This document shows, in pieces, positions 1-10,090 of a DNA stretch of 64,000 nt. Where the stretch lies: NCBI GenBank assembly GCA_038213375.1, contig JBBQTB010000015.1, forward strand, positions 385 through 64,384, written 5' to 3'. Origin of the DNA: Bacteroidales bacterium. Its GTDB lineage: Bacteria > Bacteroidota > Bacteroidia > Bacteroidales > JAAUTT01. Within the stretch, counting starts at the first letter, position 1, and each line of letters starts with the position of its first letter. Under the pieces are notes generated by a model. That model saw only the letters and a list, made by a program, of their open reading frames with translations. It did not search any database and had not been told where the DNA came from. Position numbers and translations under genes: made by a program.

Positions 1-922
1 CTTCAAGATCGTGATCTGGCATAGCGCCATGTCGTATTATAAATTCCGCCAATTGCAGATAGCTAACTCCTTCTTGAAAATCAGCACCATCGGTATACCC
101 CAGCAATGTCATTGCCGATGCAAAATGAATTCGTTCACCCTTTGGTGTCCGGTCAAATCTTTTAGTTAGATAAGTATGATCATTGGTTGTAAACTTTCGA
201 ACCATGGCCTCAGCAATATTCAGACCTGCACTTTTAGCCAAATCATTCACTACCATTTCCCAGGCTCCAATATCCCGGGAGTCGTTACCGCTAGGAAATT
301 TAGCAATCCATAAATTATTATCTTGATCCATTACACCGGCCTTTGGTCTTGCTCCACCCAATGACGACCCTGGAGCCATCAGCAAGTTTAACCACTTTTT
401 ATACTCAGGGTTGTCGATACGATCTTCTTTTTCAATTTGTAAGCTTGCATTTTCCAATTCTCTTAATGAAGTCCATGGTGGAGCTGAAAGATCTTTATTT
501 TTGTTCAAAAAGGGGTCATTTTCACTTTCTTTGAAACGAATCGCACCCATTCGATGTTCGTCATATACACCAAGAAGATAATCAATCTCAAAAAGAGTAT
601 TTACTTTACGATTTTCAGTTCTCGCTAAAAAAGCTTCCCGGCGATTCATCAACAATCTACCCCAGCGGTCTGGAGAAGAATCCAAAAAGATGCCGAAATT
701 ACTCTTTTCATCGTGAAGGTATTGCAGGCCGGAATATAATTGTAAATCAGGATCGAGCTGTTGAGCCTTCCCGGAATTTAACCACTCTGTGCCGTATTCA
801 AAAGAAAAAATCTCTTTCCCCCGAAGTAATGATGACTTAAGAGACCCCATCATTAAAGGCAACTGTAAACCTTTCCAGTGGGCATATACCAATATTTCCC
901 GTTGTTTATTTTTTAGTGACAT
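1..922 (-). CDS. hipA: HipA-family kinase toxin (type II TA), C-terminal part runs off the left edge
   Basis: Own minus-strand translation from ATG 922-920: MSLKNKQREILVYAHWKGLQLPLMMGSL...FEYGTEWLNSG...APGSSLGGARPKAGV...; open to base 1. Lies 12 nt downstream of a HipB-like XRE gene. Absent from the ORF track because there is no stop in the window. Confidence 0.8.
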   Translation of the reverse strand, partial: MSLKNKQREILVYAHWKGLQLPLMMGSLKSSLLRGKEIFSFEYGTEWLNSGKAQQLDPDLQLYSGLQYLHDEKSNFGIFLDSSPDRWGRLLMNRREAFLARTENRKVNTLFEIDYLLGVYDEHRMGAIRFKESENDPFLNKNKDLSAPPWTSLRELENASLQIEKEDRIDNPEYKKWLNLLMAPGSSLGGARPKAGVMDQDNNLWIAKFPSGNDSRDIGAWEMVVNDLAKSAGLNIAEAMVRKFTTNDHTYLTKRFDRTPKGERIHFASAMTLLGYTDGADFQEGVSYLQLAEFIIRHGAMPDHDLE

Positions 923-934
923 AATTTTCAGGAT

Positions 935-1273
935 TTACAGTGGTTTTTTGGGAGCTCGCTCTTTTACAAGAAGTTTAGCGTCCTGAAGTTTTCTCCCTAA
1001 TTTGTCATCACTGGCTATTTGGAGGAAATCTTTTTCGAGGCCTAATACAAAAAGAACCTGTAGATAAGTCCCCATGGCGACACTTGGGGTACCTTTTTCG
1101 ATTAACCATAATGTTGACCGACTGATTCCGGCTCGCTCGGATACTTGCTCAGTACTCAACTTTCTGCGTAACCGGGCTAGTTTTACGTTTTCGCCAAACT
1201 CATTCAGTACCTTTTGTAAAGAAGGGAGTAAAATAACTTTCTTACTTCTCATAATGTTTGATAATATGAACAA
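935..1273 (-). CDS. hipB: XRE-family HTH antitoxin (HipB-like)
   Basis: 112 aa with a Cro/C1 HTH (LSTEQVSERAGISRSTLWLIEKG), immediately upstream of hipA on the same strand. Alternative start at 1252. Confidence 0.8.
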   Translation of the reverse strand: MFILSNIMRSKKVILLPSLQKVLNEFGENVKLARLRRKLSTEQVSERAGISRSTLWLIEKGTPSVAMGTYLQVLFVLGLEKDFLQIASDDKLGRKLQDAKLLVKERAPKKPL

Positions 1274-1527
1274 ATATAGAGCATATGTTTATATTATCAA
1301 ACATTATTTTATTTATACGAATTAATATGAGCGAAAAATGATCATGGAGGTAATTTATTTTGTCAATTAATGCCGGGTCAAAGCAGCCAATTTTTCATGT
1401 GAATCGGCGTTTGTATCGCAGTTTGCATCTCAAAACTTATGGCAATAATATTGCTACTTATACGGGACAATAAGACGAAAAATAATAAACGTCAATAAAT
1501 CAAAGGTATAACTAAAAGACAAAATAA

Positions 1528-1565
1528 AATAACCAGTATGTTATAATTATAACATACTGGTTATT
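1528..1565 (-). terminator. Perfect 38-nt palindrome downstream of tRNA-Pro
   Basis: AATAACCAGTATGTTATAATTATAACATACTGGTTATT is self-complementary and lies 14 nt 3' of the tRNA on the minus strand. Confidence 0.5.
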
Positions 1566-1578
1566 AGCTATTTATAAG

Positions 1579-1652
1579 TCGGGGTGAGAAGACTCGAACT
1601 TCCGACCACTTGCACCCCATGCAAGTACGCTAGCCAACTGCGCTACACCCCG
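1579..1652 (-). tRNA. tRNA-Pro (anticodon GGG)
   Basis: Reverse complement CGGGGTG TA GCGC AGTTGGCTA GCGT A CTTGC ATGGGGT GCAAG TGGTC GGAAG TTCGAGT CTTCT CACCCCG A folds as a 74-nt cloverleaf. T-loop TTCGAGT, G37, anticodon GGG. Confidence 0.9.
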
Positions 1653-1858
1653 GTTTGTTTTTGTTGATTATTGCATATGTTAGTATATTTCTAATATACT
1701 TAAAGACAATAATCGTTTTTAAGGAACGCAAAATTAACAATCTTGCCATAATCTGCAAAATTTTGTGGGTTATTTATCGGCACGGCTTTTGAAAACAATA
1801 TATCTTTGAGATTCCTTATATAGTTGATAAATTTGAACAATACAAAAATAAGTAAAAC

Positions 1859-2845
1859 ATGAGTTTATTTAAACCCTTGGAAAATAATAACGACAAGAAA
1901 GAAAACATTGATTCAAAAGACGTTGTGGAACATGTAAAATGTTTAATTATTGGATCGGGTCCTGCCGGATATACTGCTGCTATTTATGCTGCACGTGCCA
2001 ATCTGTCACCAGTTTTGTATGAAGGATTGCAGCCAGGCGGACAATTAACCACAACTACCGAAGTCGAGAACTTTCCGGGTTATCCCGATGGTATCACCGG
2101 ACCTGAAATGATGGAGGATCTTAAAAAACAATCTTCCCGGTTTGGTACTGATGTACGTTATGGTTATGCTACTCAAACCGACTTCTCCTCGAAGCCTCAC
2201 AAAGTTTTAATAGATGGTAAAAAATGGATTTCTGCCGATGCTGTCATTATTTCTACCGGGGCTACTGCCAAATATCTGGGCATGCCTTCCGAAGAAAAGT
2301 TTAAAGGTTTTGGCGTTTCTGCTTGTGCTACCTGCGATGGGTTCTTTTATAAGGGAAAGGTGGTAGCCGTTGTTGGTGGCGGTGATACTGCCTGTGAGGA
2401 AGCTACCTATCTATCCGGCTTATGTAAGAAGGTTTACCTGATTGTCCGTAAAAATTATTTGAAAGCCTCAAAGGCTATGCAGCAGAGAGTATTTAATAGC
2501 TCTAACATTGAAGTGTTTTTTGAACATCAAACAAAAGAAATTATTGGAGGACAAGGTGTAACAGGAGTAATTTTAATCAATGCCAAAGGAGAAGATGTGA
2601 AAGTCGATATCGACGGTTTCTTTGTAGCGATCGGACATGTTCCTAATTCCGATATTTTTAAACCACTCATCGAAATGGACGAAACGGGATATATCATCAC
2701 TCAGCCAGGTACAACCAAAACAAATGTAACGGGCGTTTTTGCTTGTGGCGATGTACAGGATAAAAATTATCGTCAGGCAGTTACTGCTGCAGGAACCGGG
2801 TGCATGGCAGCATTGGATGCTGAGCGCTATCTGGGTGAACTGTAA
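1859..2845 (+). CDS. trxB: Thioredoxin-disulfide reductase
   Basis: 328 aa with the FAD motif GSGPAGYTAAIYAARA, redox-active CATCDG and NADPH motif GGGDTACEEA. Confidence 0.95.
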   Translation: MSLFKPLENNNDKKENIDSKDVVEHVKCLIIGSGPAGYTAAIYAARANLSPVLYEGLQPGGQLTTTTEVENFPGYPDGITGPEMMEDLKKQSSRFGTDVRYGYATQTDFSSKPHKVLIDGKKWISADAVIISTGATAKYLGMPSEEKFKGFGVSACATCDGFFYKGKVVAVVGGGDTACEEATYLSGLCKKVYLIVRKNYLKASKAMQQRVFNSSNIEVFFEHQTKEIIGGQGVTGVILINAKGEDVKVDIDGFFVAIGHVPNSDIFKPLIEMDETGYIITQPGTTKTNVTGVFACGDVQDKNYRQAVTAAGTGCMAALDAERYLGEL

Positions 2846-2870
2846 AAAAAACGACTGTCAAAAAATACCA

Positions 2871-2932
2871 TGAACACGAAGGGACGAAGAAAAACTCAGG
2901 AAATTAATTCTTTGTATCTTCGTGCCTTCTTG
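2871..2932. repeat. REP-like hairpin repeat (TGAACACGAA...ACGAAG family), copy 1
   Basis: TGAACACGAAGGGACGAAGA...TCTTCGTGCCTTCTTGT. Related copy at 48290-48347. Imperfect inverted repeat in a convergent intergenic region. Confidence 0.4.
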
Positions 2933-2964
2933 TAAAATAAATCCTCATTCCGGTGAACCGGATC

Positions 2965-4209
2965 CTATTTCGCCATCACCACATGGTCGCCCTGATATTT
3001 ACCTGCTTTTAATTTTTCCTGAACTTCAGCAAAAGCTTTAATGGTATATTCAACATCTGCGAGCGAATGCGATGACGTTGGAATAATCCGCAACATAATT
3101 ACTCCTTTTGGTACAACCGGATACACAACAATCGAGCAGAAGATATTGTAATTTTCTCTCAGATCAAGAATAATGTTTGTTCCTTCGGGTACAGAACCAT
3201 TAAGTATAACAGGTGTAACAGGCGATTCTGTATTTCCTAAATTAAATCCTTTGGCACGCAACCCTTCTTGAAGTGCGTTTACTATGGTCCATAGGTTTTC
3301 GCGTAGCTGTGGTTGTGTTTTTACCAGTTCCAATCGTTTCAAAGCTCCCACTACCATAGGCATGGGTAATGATTTTGCAAAAATCTGGCTACGCATATTG
3401 TAACGAAGATAATCGATCACAATCTCAGGTCCTGCAACAAAACCACCTATACCGGCCATTGCCTTTGCGAATGTGCCAAAATACAAGTCTATCTCGTCCA
3501 TTACTCCAAGATGTTCCGATACACCTCTTCCGTTTGCTCCCATTGTTCCAAAACCATGAGCATCATCAACCAGAATTCTGAAATCATATTTTTTCTTGAA
3601 TTCTGCAATCTTGTCAAGTTTACCAAGGTCACCGGACATTCCGAATACTCCCTCGGTAATAACAAGTACACCACCATTTTGTCGGGCGGCAAGTTTAGAT
3701 GCTTTATCCAGTTCTTTTTCAAATCGTACCATATCATTGTGTGGAAAAACAAAACGTTTTCCCATGTGTAAACGAAGGCCATCAATAATACATGCATGAG
3801 CCTCTGAGTCATATACAACCACATCATGACGGTTTAAAAGAGTGTCGATGATTGAAATCATGCCCTGATAACCAAAATTTACCAGGTATGCATCTTCTTT
3901 TTTCTCAAATTCAGCCAGTTGACGCTCTAGTTCTTCATGCATACTTGTTTGTCCCGACATCATACGGGCACCCATTGGATAACCTAGACCCCAGTCTTTA
4001 GCGCCTTCAGCGTCAGCTTTTCTAACTTCCGGATGATTCGCCAAACCCAGATAATTGTTTAAACTCCATGTGAGTACTTCTTTTCCACGAAATTTCATGC
4101 GTGGTTTAATTTCACCCTCTAGTTTTGGAAAAATGAAGTATCCGTGTGCTTCTTTTTGGTATTGTCCGAGAGGACCTTTGTTATTTTTTATTTTTTCAAA
4201 TATATCCAC
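2965..4209 (-). CDS. PLP-dependent alpha-oxoamine synthase family (KBL/BioF/SPT-like acyltransferase)
   Basis: 414 aa. Class I/II aminotransferase fold with DDAHG and the PLP-lysine context GTFAKAMAG. Substrate not assignable from sequence. Confidence 0.85.
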   Translation of the reverse strand: MDIFEKIKNNKGPLGQYQKEAHGYFIFPKLEGEIKPRMKFRGKEVLTWSLNNYLGLANHPEVRKADAEGAKDWGLGYPMGARMMSGQTSMHEELERQLAEFEKKEDAYLVNFGYQGMISIIDTLLNRHDVVVYDSEAHACIIDGLRLHMGKRFVFPHNDMVRFEKELDKASKLAARQNGGVLVITEGVFGMSGDLGKLDKIAEFKKKYDFRILVDDAHGFGTMGANGRGVSEHLGVMDEIDLYFGTFAKAMAGIGGFVAGPEIVIDYLRYNMRSQIFAKSLPMPMVVGALKRLELVKTQPQLRENLWTIVNALQEGLRAKGFNLGNTESPVTPVILNGSVPEGTNIILDLRENYNIFCSIVVYPVVPKGVIMLRIIPTSSHSLADVEYTIKAFAEVQEKLKAGKYQGDHVVMAK

Positions 4210-4556
4210 GGCTAAAAATATTGGTTATTTTTACGAAGGCACAAAACTACATGATTTTTTTAAAATCTTAACCTTTTTCAATCATAAACTTTAAGGACCC
4301 CCACTCTAAAACACCCTTCCAAACGGGTGATGACATGCACACATCCTTATATTTGTCGTCCTTAGGTGATTTGAAAAGCTAGAGATTTTCTGATACTAAA
4401 ATATTCAGCCTTTGCGGTGACAATAAAATATAAGTGTCATATAGTGGCGATAAAAATTGAAATATTTTGTACCAAAATCCGTTATAACTGAAAAAATAAA
4501 AGTTTTTTATGATTTATTTTTAATAATCAATTACATTTGCAAAACATTTTTCTTAT

Positions 4557-5342
4557 ATGAAATTTAAGCTATTATTTATTGGCATTCTGGTATTTACGTT
4601 GGTTTCCTGCGGCCAATATGAAAAGGTTCTTAAGAGTACTGATTATACCTTAAAGTATAAGAAAGCTTTTGAATATTATAATAATGAGGAATATACGCAT
4701 GCTGCAAATGTATTCGATCAAATTGTAGGAGTATTCAGAGGTACCAATAAGTCAGATACTGTGAGTTATTATCAGGCAATGAGTTATTATAAGCAGAAAG
4801 ATTTCATTATGTCAGGACATTATTTCAAAACTTTCTTTGAAACTTATCCTTATTCATTATTTGCTGAAGAGGCTGAATATTTATCTGCCTACTGTTATTA
4901 TTTGAATAGTCCGCCACCTACTCTTGATCAGGAAAATACGAATATAGCAATTGAATCATTTCAATCTTTTATGAATAAATATCCTGGTAGCAAGCATGTA
5001 TTAGAATCAAGACAGTATGTTGCAGAGTTACAAGATAAATTGGTTGAAAAATCAAAGCTAAGTGCTGTACTTTATTATAATTTAGGATTATACAAATCTT
5101 CAATTATAGCTTTGAAAAATAGTTTGGTTGAATATCCAAATACCAAGTATCGCGAAGAATTGATGTGGTTGGTTCTTGATTCGAATTACGAATTAGCCAG
5201 GGGTAGTGTGGAATCGAAAAAGAGAGATAGGTTTCAGTCTACAGTAGATGAATATTATTCTTTTATAGCTGAATTTCCTAAGAGCAAATATAAAAGGAAG
5301 GCAGAGGACATTTATGAAATCTCTGGGAAAATGGTTAAATAG
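4557..5342 (+). CDS. bamD: Outer membrane protein assembly factor BamD (TPR lipoprotein)
   Basis: 261 aa with lipoprotein signal (LVSCGQ) and TPR-like repeats. Conserved Bacteroidota bamD-rpoZ-coaBC neighbourhood. Confidence 0.85.
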   Translation: MKFKLLFIGILVFTLVSCGQYEKVLKSTDYTLKYKKAFEYYNNEEYTHAANVFDQIVGVFRGTNKSDTVSYYQAMSYYKQKDFIMSGHYFKTFFETYPYSLFAEEAEYLSAYCYYLNSPPPTLDQENTNIAIESFQSFMNKYPGSKHVLESRQYVAELQDKLVEKSKLSAVLYYNLGLYKSSIIALKNSLVEYPNTKYREELMWLVLDSNYELARGSVESKKRDRFQSTVDEYYSFIAEFPKSKYKRKAEDIYEISGKMVK

Positions 5343-5381
5343 TTTGTAAGTTTTATCAAGTAAATATAATTTTTTTTAGAT

Positions 5382-5711
5382 ATGATGGATTATAAAAAGT
5401 CGAAAGCTCCAATCACAACAGTAACAAGGGATTTGGACAAGCTTGATGCTCCCACAGGTAATATTTACGAAACTGTTATAATTGTTGCCAAACGGGCTAA
5501 TCAGATTAGCGTTGAAATGAAGCAGGAACTAAACCGTAAGTTGGAAGAATTTGCTTATTATACCGACAATCTTGAAGAGGTGTTTGAAAATCGTGAGCAA
5601 ATTGAAATTTCGAAATTTTATGAGCGGTTACCAAAATCAAATTTGATTGCGCTTCAGGAGTTTTTTGATGAAGAAATATATTATCGTAATCCTAATGCTA
5701 TAAAGGCTTAA
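5382..5711 (+). CDS. rpoZ: DNA-directed RNA polymerase subunit omega
   Basis: 109 aa with the Rpb6/omega core NIYETVIIVAKRANQI. Synteny between bamD and coaBC. Confidence 0.75.
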   Translation: MMDYKKSKAPITTVTRDLDKLDAPTGNIYETVIIVAKRANQISVEMKQELNRKLEEFAYYTDNLEEVFENREQIEISKFYERLPKSNLIALQEFFDEEIYYRNPNAIKA

Positions 5712-5794
5712 AAGAGTACATGGTATCATGTACTAAGAAAGTCGAAAGTTGTTGTATATAGGTTATTTTAATAGATTTGTAAACAACAAGTCTG

Positions 5795-7018
5795 ATGAGC
5801 CTGAAAGGGAAACATATTATACTCGGAATTACAGGTGGAATAGCAGCTTACAAGGCTGCTTTTCTTGTCCGGTTACTTGTGAAAGAAGGAGCGGAGGTAA
5901 AAGTTGTGATGACTGCTTTTGCTAAGCAGTTTATTACACCGCTAACCATGGCTACTCTTTCGAAAAATCCAATTATTGTTGAATTTTTTGATCCGGAAAA
6001 TGGGAAATGGAATAGCCATGTGGATCTGGGATTATGGGCCGACCTTTTTGTAATTGCCCCGGCAACAGCCAATACAATTGCTAAGATGGCAAATGGTATA
6101 GCCGATAATTTATTATTAACAACCTATCTTTCTGCTAGATGCCCGGTAATCATTGTCCCCGCAATGGATCTGGATATGTTTGCACATGCTACAACTCAAA
6201 AAAATATTAACACGTTACGGTCAATTGGGAATATTATCGTCGAACCCGCAACAGGTGAATTGGCAAGTGGCTTGGATGGAAAAGGCAGGATGGAAGAACC
6301 CGAAAATATCATTACAATGATTAGGAATATATTGGGCGATAAAATTAAGGATCTGGCAGGGAAAAAGATTCTGGTCACTGCAGGGCCCACTTATGAACCA
6401 ATTGATCCGGTTAGGTTCATTGGAAATTACTCCTCAGGGAAGATGGGGTATGCCATTGCCGATGAGTTGTGCTCTCGTGGTGCCGAAGTTACTCTTATTA
6501 GCGGACCCGTTTCGGTGAGCACCAAAAATAAAGACATTAGGGTAATTAAAATAAACACTGCGTTGGAGATGTTCAATGCAAGTGTAACTTGTTTCGAATT
6601 GATGGATGCAGCTATTTTATCTGCCGCTGTAGCTGATTTCACACCTGCCGCGCCAGCATCGGAAAAGATTAAAAGAGAGAAGGATGATCTTCATTTGGAA
6701 TTGAAACCCACAAATGATATTGCTGCCGAACTGGGTCTGCAAAAGCGTAAGGATCAGGTTTTGGTTGGCTTTGCTCTCGAAACCGCAAATGAACTTCAGA
6801 ATGCACAAAAAAAACTTCAGAAAAAGCAACTCGACTTCATTGTATTAAATTCACTGAATGACCGTGGCGCCGGATTTGGCGTTGATACAAATAAGGTTAC
6901 AATCATCGACAGGCACAATAATATCGAAAAACATGAGTTAAAATCAAAAGATGAAGTTGCTATCGATATTGTGAATAAACTGGTTTCGTTGATTAATAAT
7001 GTATGTATAGTTAACTAG
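5795..7018 (+). CDS. coaBC: Bifunctional phosphopantothenoylcysteine decarboxylase / phosphopantothenate-cysteine ligase
   Basis: 407 aa. N-terminal flavoprotein domain (ILGITGGIAAYKA, PAMD) plus C-terminal DFP ligase domain (GPTYEPIDPVRFIGNYSSGKMG). Confidence 0.95.
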   Translation: MSLKGKHIILGITGGIAAYKAAFLVRLLVKEGAEVKVVMTAFAKQFITPLTMATLSKNPIIVEFFDPENGKWNSHVDLGLWADLFVIAPATANTIAKMANGIADNLLLTTYLSARCPVIIVPAMDLDMFAHATTQKNINTLRSIGNIIVEPATGELASGLDGKGRMEEPENIITMIRNILGDKIKDLAGKKILVTAGPTYEPIDPVRFIGNYSSGKMGYAIADELCSRGAEVTLISGPVSVSTKNKDIRVIKINTALEMFNASVTCFELMDAAILSAAVADFTPAAPASEKIKREKDDLHLELKPTNDIAAELGLQKRKDQVLVGFALETANELQNAQKKLQKKQLDFIVLNSLNDRGAGFGVDTNKVTIIDRHNNIEKHELKSKDEVAIDIVNKLVSLINNVCIVN

Positions 7019-7022
7019 TGCT

Positions 7023-7145
7023 ATGTTAAATATAAATTTGTTGATGTGACCTGTCAGGTTTCAAAAACCTGACAAGCCTTTCAATGTTAAATATAAATTT
7101 GCTGATGAGACCTGTCAGGTTTCAAAAACCTGACAGGTCTTTCAA
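7023..7145. repeat. Tandem duplication, 2 x 61 bp, each unit containing a hairpin
   Basis: Units 7023-7083 and 7084-7145 (ATGTTAAATATAAATTTG.TGATG.GACCTGTCAGGTTTCAAAAACCTGACAGG...) differ at only a few positions. Confidence 0.85.
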
Positions 7146-7227
7146 CAGATAGAACCGCCAAATTATGTTTAATGTATCACGAGATAGCAAATGATCAATT
7201 GAAATAATTAATAATTAATTAAAAAGT

Positions 7228-7365
7228 ACCCCAACCCCTTGAAAAGGAGCTATAACAGTTTCTTACAATTCTGAAATACTTTGTAAACAACAGAAGAAAT
7301 TGTAGAGAAGAAGATAATAGCAGATAAGTAGCATATAGTTATTGCCTTTTCAAGGGATTGGGGTT
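7228..7365. repeat. Gene-less inverted pair of the CCCCAACCCCTTGAAAAGG..ATAAC repeat family
   Basis: ACCCCAACCCCTTGAAAAGGAGCTATAACAG (7228-7258) and its near reverse complement GTTATTGCCTTTTCAAGGGATTGGGGT (7338-7364) flank about 80 bp. Confidence 0.7.
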
Positions 7366-7398
7366 CAGGAATTATTCAATATAATTAATCAATGTAGC

Positions 7399-8310
7399 AT
7401 GAAAATAAAACTTCGGGTTTTAATTCTCTGTGGATTAATATTAATTGCCTGTACTGGTGTTGCACAGGAGTTAAAATGCAATATTCAAGTACTTTCCGAT
7501 AAAGTTCAGGGAACTAATAAGAAAGTATTTGAAACGATGCAGAATGCCATTTACGAATTTATGAATAATCGGAGTTGGACAAATCATGTGTATACCAATG
7601 AGGAGCGAATAGAATGTAATTTACTCTTTAATATTCAGGATTATACGGGTTCCGATTTTAAAGGTACTCTTCAGGTACAGGCACGCAGGCCGGTTTTTAA
7701 TTCTTCGTATAACACAGTGCTTCTTAATTACATGGACCAGAATATTCAGTTTACGTACGTTGAATTTCAATCACTGGAATTTAATGAATCGTCATTTACC
7801 TCAAATTTGACCTCTCTTTTAGCCTATTACGCTTATGTAATTATTGGTTTGGATTATGATTCATACTCAAATAAGGGAGGATCAGACATACTCCGAAAAG
7901 CCGAAACTATAGTAAACAATGCTCAAAATGCTTCGGAAAAAGGATGGAAACCCTTTGAGGGTAGCAGTAATAAAAATAGGTATTGGCTGGTTCAAAATTT
8001 GATGGATGATAAATATAGTCCTGTTCGCGACTTTTTTTATAAATACCATCGGTTGGGTTTGGATCGGTTAGCAGAAAAACCAATTGAAGGAAGAGACGAG
8101 ATAGCTGAGGATTTAAGGTTGTTGCAGCAAGTTTACCGAAATAAACCCGACCCTTATATGCATTTAATGCAGGTGGTTTTTGATGCAAAAAGTGATGAAT
8201 GGGTAAATGTTTTTTCAGACTCGTTTCCTGAAGAACGCACTAGAGTTCTTGCTGTTTTGAAAGAAATTGATCCTGCGAATGCCACTAAATATCAGAAAAT
8301 TGCGAAATAG
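7399..8310 (+). CDS. DUF4835-family secreted protein (family annotated in some genomes as T9SS-associated PorD)
   Basis: Track ORF 7342-8310. The start is moved to 7399 (MKIKLRVLILCGLILIACTGVAQ signal peptide) because the upstream codons lie in the repeat. Conserved position between coaBC and recN. Confidence 0.75.
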   Translation: MKIKLRVLILCGLILIACTGVAQELKCNIQVLSDKVQGTNKKVFETMQNAIYEFMNNRSWTNHVYTNEERIECNLLFNIQDYTGSDFKGTLQVQARRPVFNSSYNTVLLNYMDQNIQFTYVEFQSLEFNESSFTSNLTSLLAYYAYVIIGLDYDSYSNKGGSDILRKAETIVNNAQNASEKGWKPFEGSSNKNRYWLVQNLMDDKYSPVRDFFYKYHRLGLDRLAEKPIEGRDEIAEDLRLLQQVYRNKPDPYMHLMQVVFDAKSDEWVNVFSDSFPEERTRVLAVLKEIDPANATKYQKIAK

Positions 8311-8352
8311 TTTTTTATCTTTGTTTTTCGAACAGATGAAAACTGAGTTTGC

Positions 8353-10011
8353 ATGTTAACAACCCTAACAATTCAAAATTACGCTCTTATTCAGGAATTA
8401 AACATCGATTTTTCCGCTGGCTTGTCAATTATCACCGGCGAAACAGGCGCTGGCAAATCAATTCTTCTGGGAGCATTATCACTTTTGGTAGGTCAGCGTG
8501 CCGACACAACTGTTCTTCTCGATCAATCCCGTAAATGCATTGTTGAAGGTACATTTCATATCAATGGATACGGACTTGAAGATATTTTTGTTCAATATGA
8601 TCTTGATTTTGATGATATTTCTGTTATTCGGCGGGAGATCAGTCCTGATGGTAAGTCGAGAGCTTTTGTAAATGATTCACCTGTTAATTTAACGGTTCTC
8701 AGAGATCTTGGCGAACGGTTAATTGATATTCATTCCCAGCATCAAAATCAGTACCTCGAAAACCCACAATTTCAGTTAAAAGTACTGGATACTTTTGCCC
8801 GAAATTCCATTTTATTACAAAAATATCGGGAAACCTACACTTTACACCGCGCATTAAAAAGTGAATATCAGAACACTTCCGAAATGGTTTCCAAAAACAA
8901 AGCCGATCTGGATTATTTTCAGTTTCAATTTGATCAGTTAAACCTTGCTAAACTGATTGTTGACGAGTTTGATTCTCTCGAACAGGAACTTAAATTCCTA
9001 ACACATTCCGAAGAAATTAAATCTTCGCTGTTAGGGGTGTCAAACTGCATGTCGGGCGAATCTAATTCAGTAATTTTATTAATCAAAGATTCACTTGCAT
9101 TATTTAATAGAATTAAAGGATTTTATCCTCCGGCCATTGAACTACAAAACAGGTTAGATAGCGTATTCGTAGAAATTAAAGATATTGCCCACGAAACAGA
9201 AAACTTTTGTGAGCATATTGATCATGATCCGGTTCGGGTTGATTTTGTAAAACAACGTCTTGATTTAATTTATTCGTTGTTTCAAAAGCATCATAGTGGG
9301 AGTGTGGCTGATCTAATTGGTATTAGAGATAATTTTAAAAAGAAAATTGACGAAATATCAAATGTCGATTTTCGGCTGGAAGAATTGAAAAAAGAAATTG
9401 ATATGGTTCGGTCAAGCCTTGAAAACATTTCCAATGCTATTTCCTCTGAACGCAGAAATGTAATTCCTTCGATAGAAAATAAAGTGCTTGAATTGGTCAA
9501 ACAGCTTGGTATACCCAATGGTTTGTTTAAGATAGAGATGACAACAACCGACGACTTTACATCCAATGGCACTGACAGAGTGAGATTTTTGTTCTCAGCA
9601 AATAAGCAAGGTGTTTTACAGGAATTGGCAAGAGTCGCTTCGGGCGGTGAAATGGCAAGACTTATGCTAAGTATCAAGGCCACTATTTCTGATGAGATCA
9701 CCTTGCCAACCATCATTTTTGATGAAATCGATGCAGGTGTTTCTGGCGATATTGCTGATAAAATGGGGAATGTCATTTTTCATATGTCTGAGAATGCTCA
9801 GATTATTAATATAACCCATCTTCCACAAATAGCCAGTAAAGGACAAAATCATTATTTTGTGTATAAGGTTGATTTGGACGATAAAACACATACAAGCATT
9901 AAAAAATTGAAATCTGATGAACGCGTTATTGAAATAGCTAGGATGTTAAGTGGAGAACAACTTTCGGATGCTGCCATCAATAATGCAAAAGCACTTTTGG
10001 GTGTTGAATGA
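8353..10011 (+). CDS. recN: DNA repair protein RecN
   Basis: 552 aa. SMC-like with Walker A GETGAGKS, long coiled coil and C-terminal signature SGGE...IFDEIDAG. Confidence 0.95.
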   Translation: MLTTLTIQNYALIQELNIDFSAGLSIITGETGAGKSILLGALSLLVGQRADTTVLLDQSRKCIVEGTFHINGYGLEDIFVQYDLDFDDISVIRREISPDGKSRAFVNDSPVNLTVLRDLGERLIDIHSQHQNQYLENPQFQLKVLDTFARNSILLQKYRETYTLHRALKSEYQNTSEMVSKNKADLDYFQFQFDQLNLAKLIVDEFDSLEQELKFLTHSEEIKSSLLGVSNCMSGESNSVILLIKDSLALFNRIKGFYPPAIELQNRLDSVFVEIKDIAHETENFCEHIDHDPVRVDFVKQRLDLIYSLFQKHHSGSVADLIGIRDNFKKKIDEISNVDFRLEELKKEIDMVRSSLENISNAISSERRNVIPSIENKVLELVKQLGIPNGLFKIEMTTTDDFTSNGTDRVRFLFSANKQGVLQELARVASGGEMARLMLSIKATISDEITLPTIIFDEIDAGVSGDIADKMGNVIFHMSENAQIINITHLPQIASKGQNHYFVYKVDLDDKTHTSIKKLKSDERVIEIARMLSGEQLSDAAINNAKALLGVE

Positions 10012-10090
10012 AACTTTTTCATTAAAGCGGTGTTTGAATAAAGTTATCAATTTGAGGCTGTGAAAATCTAAAATCTAAAATCAGAAAAGA

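Noticed and set aside
3369-3827. Multiple 60-110-aa ORFs nested in or antisense to large genes (e.g. 3501-3827, 9291-9776, 12981-13268, 27540-28004, 30870-31256, 47126-47401, 62588-62998)
   Set aside because: These are shadow ORFs inside well-supported long CDSs. They have no independent motifs or signals.
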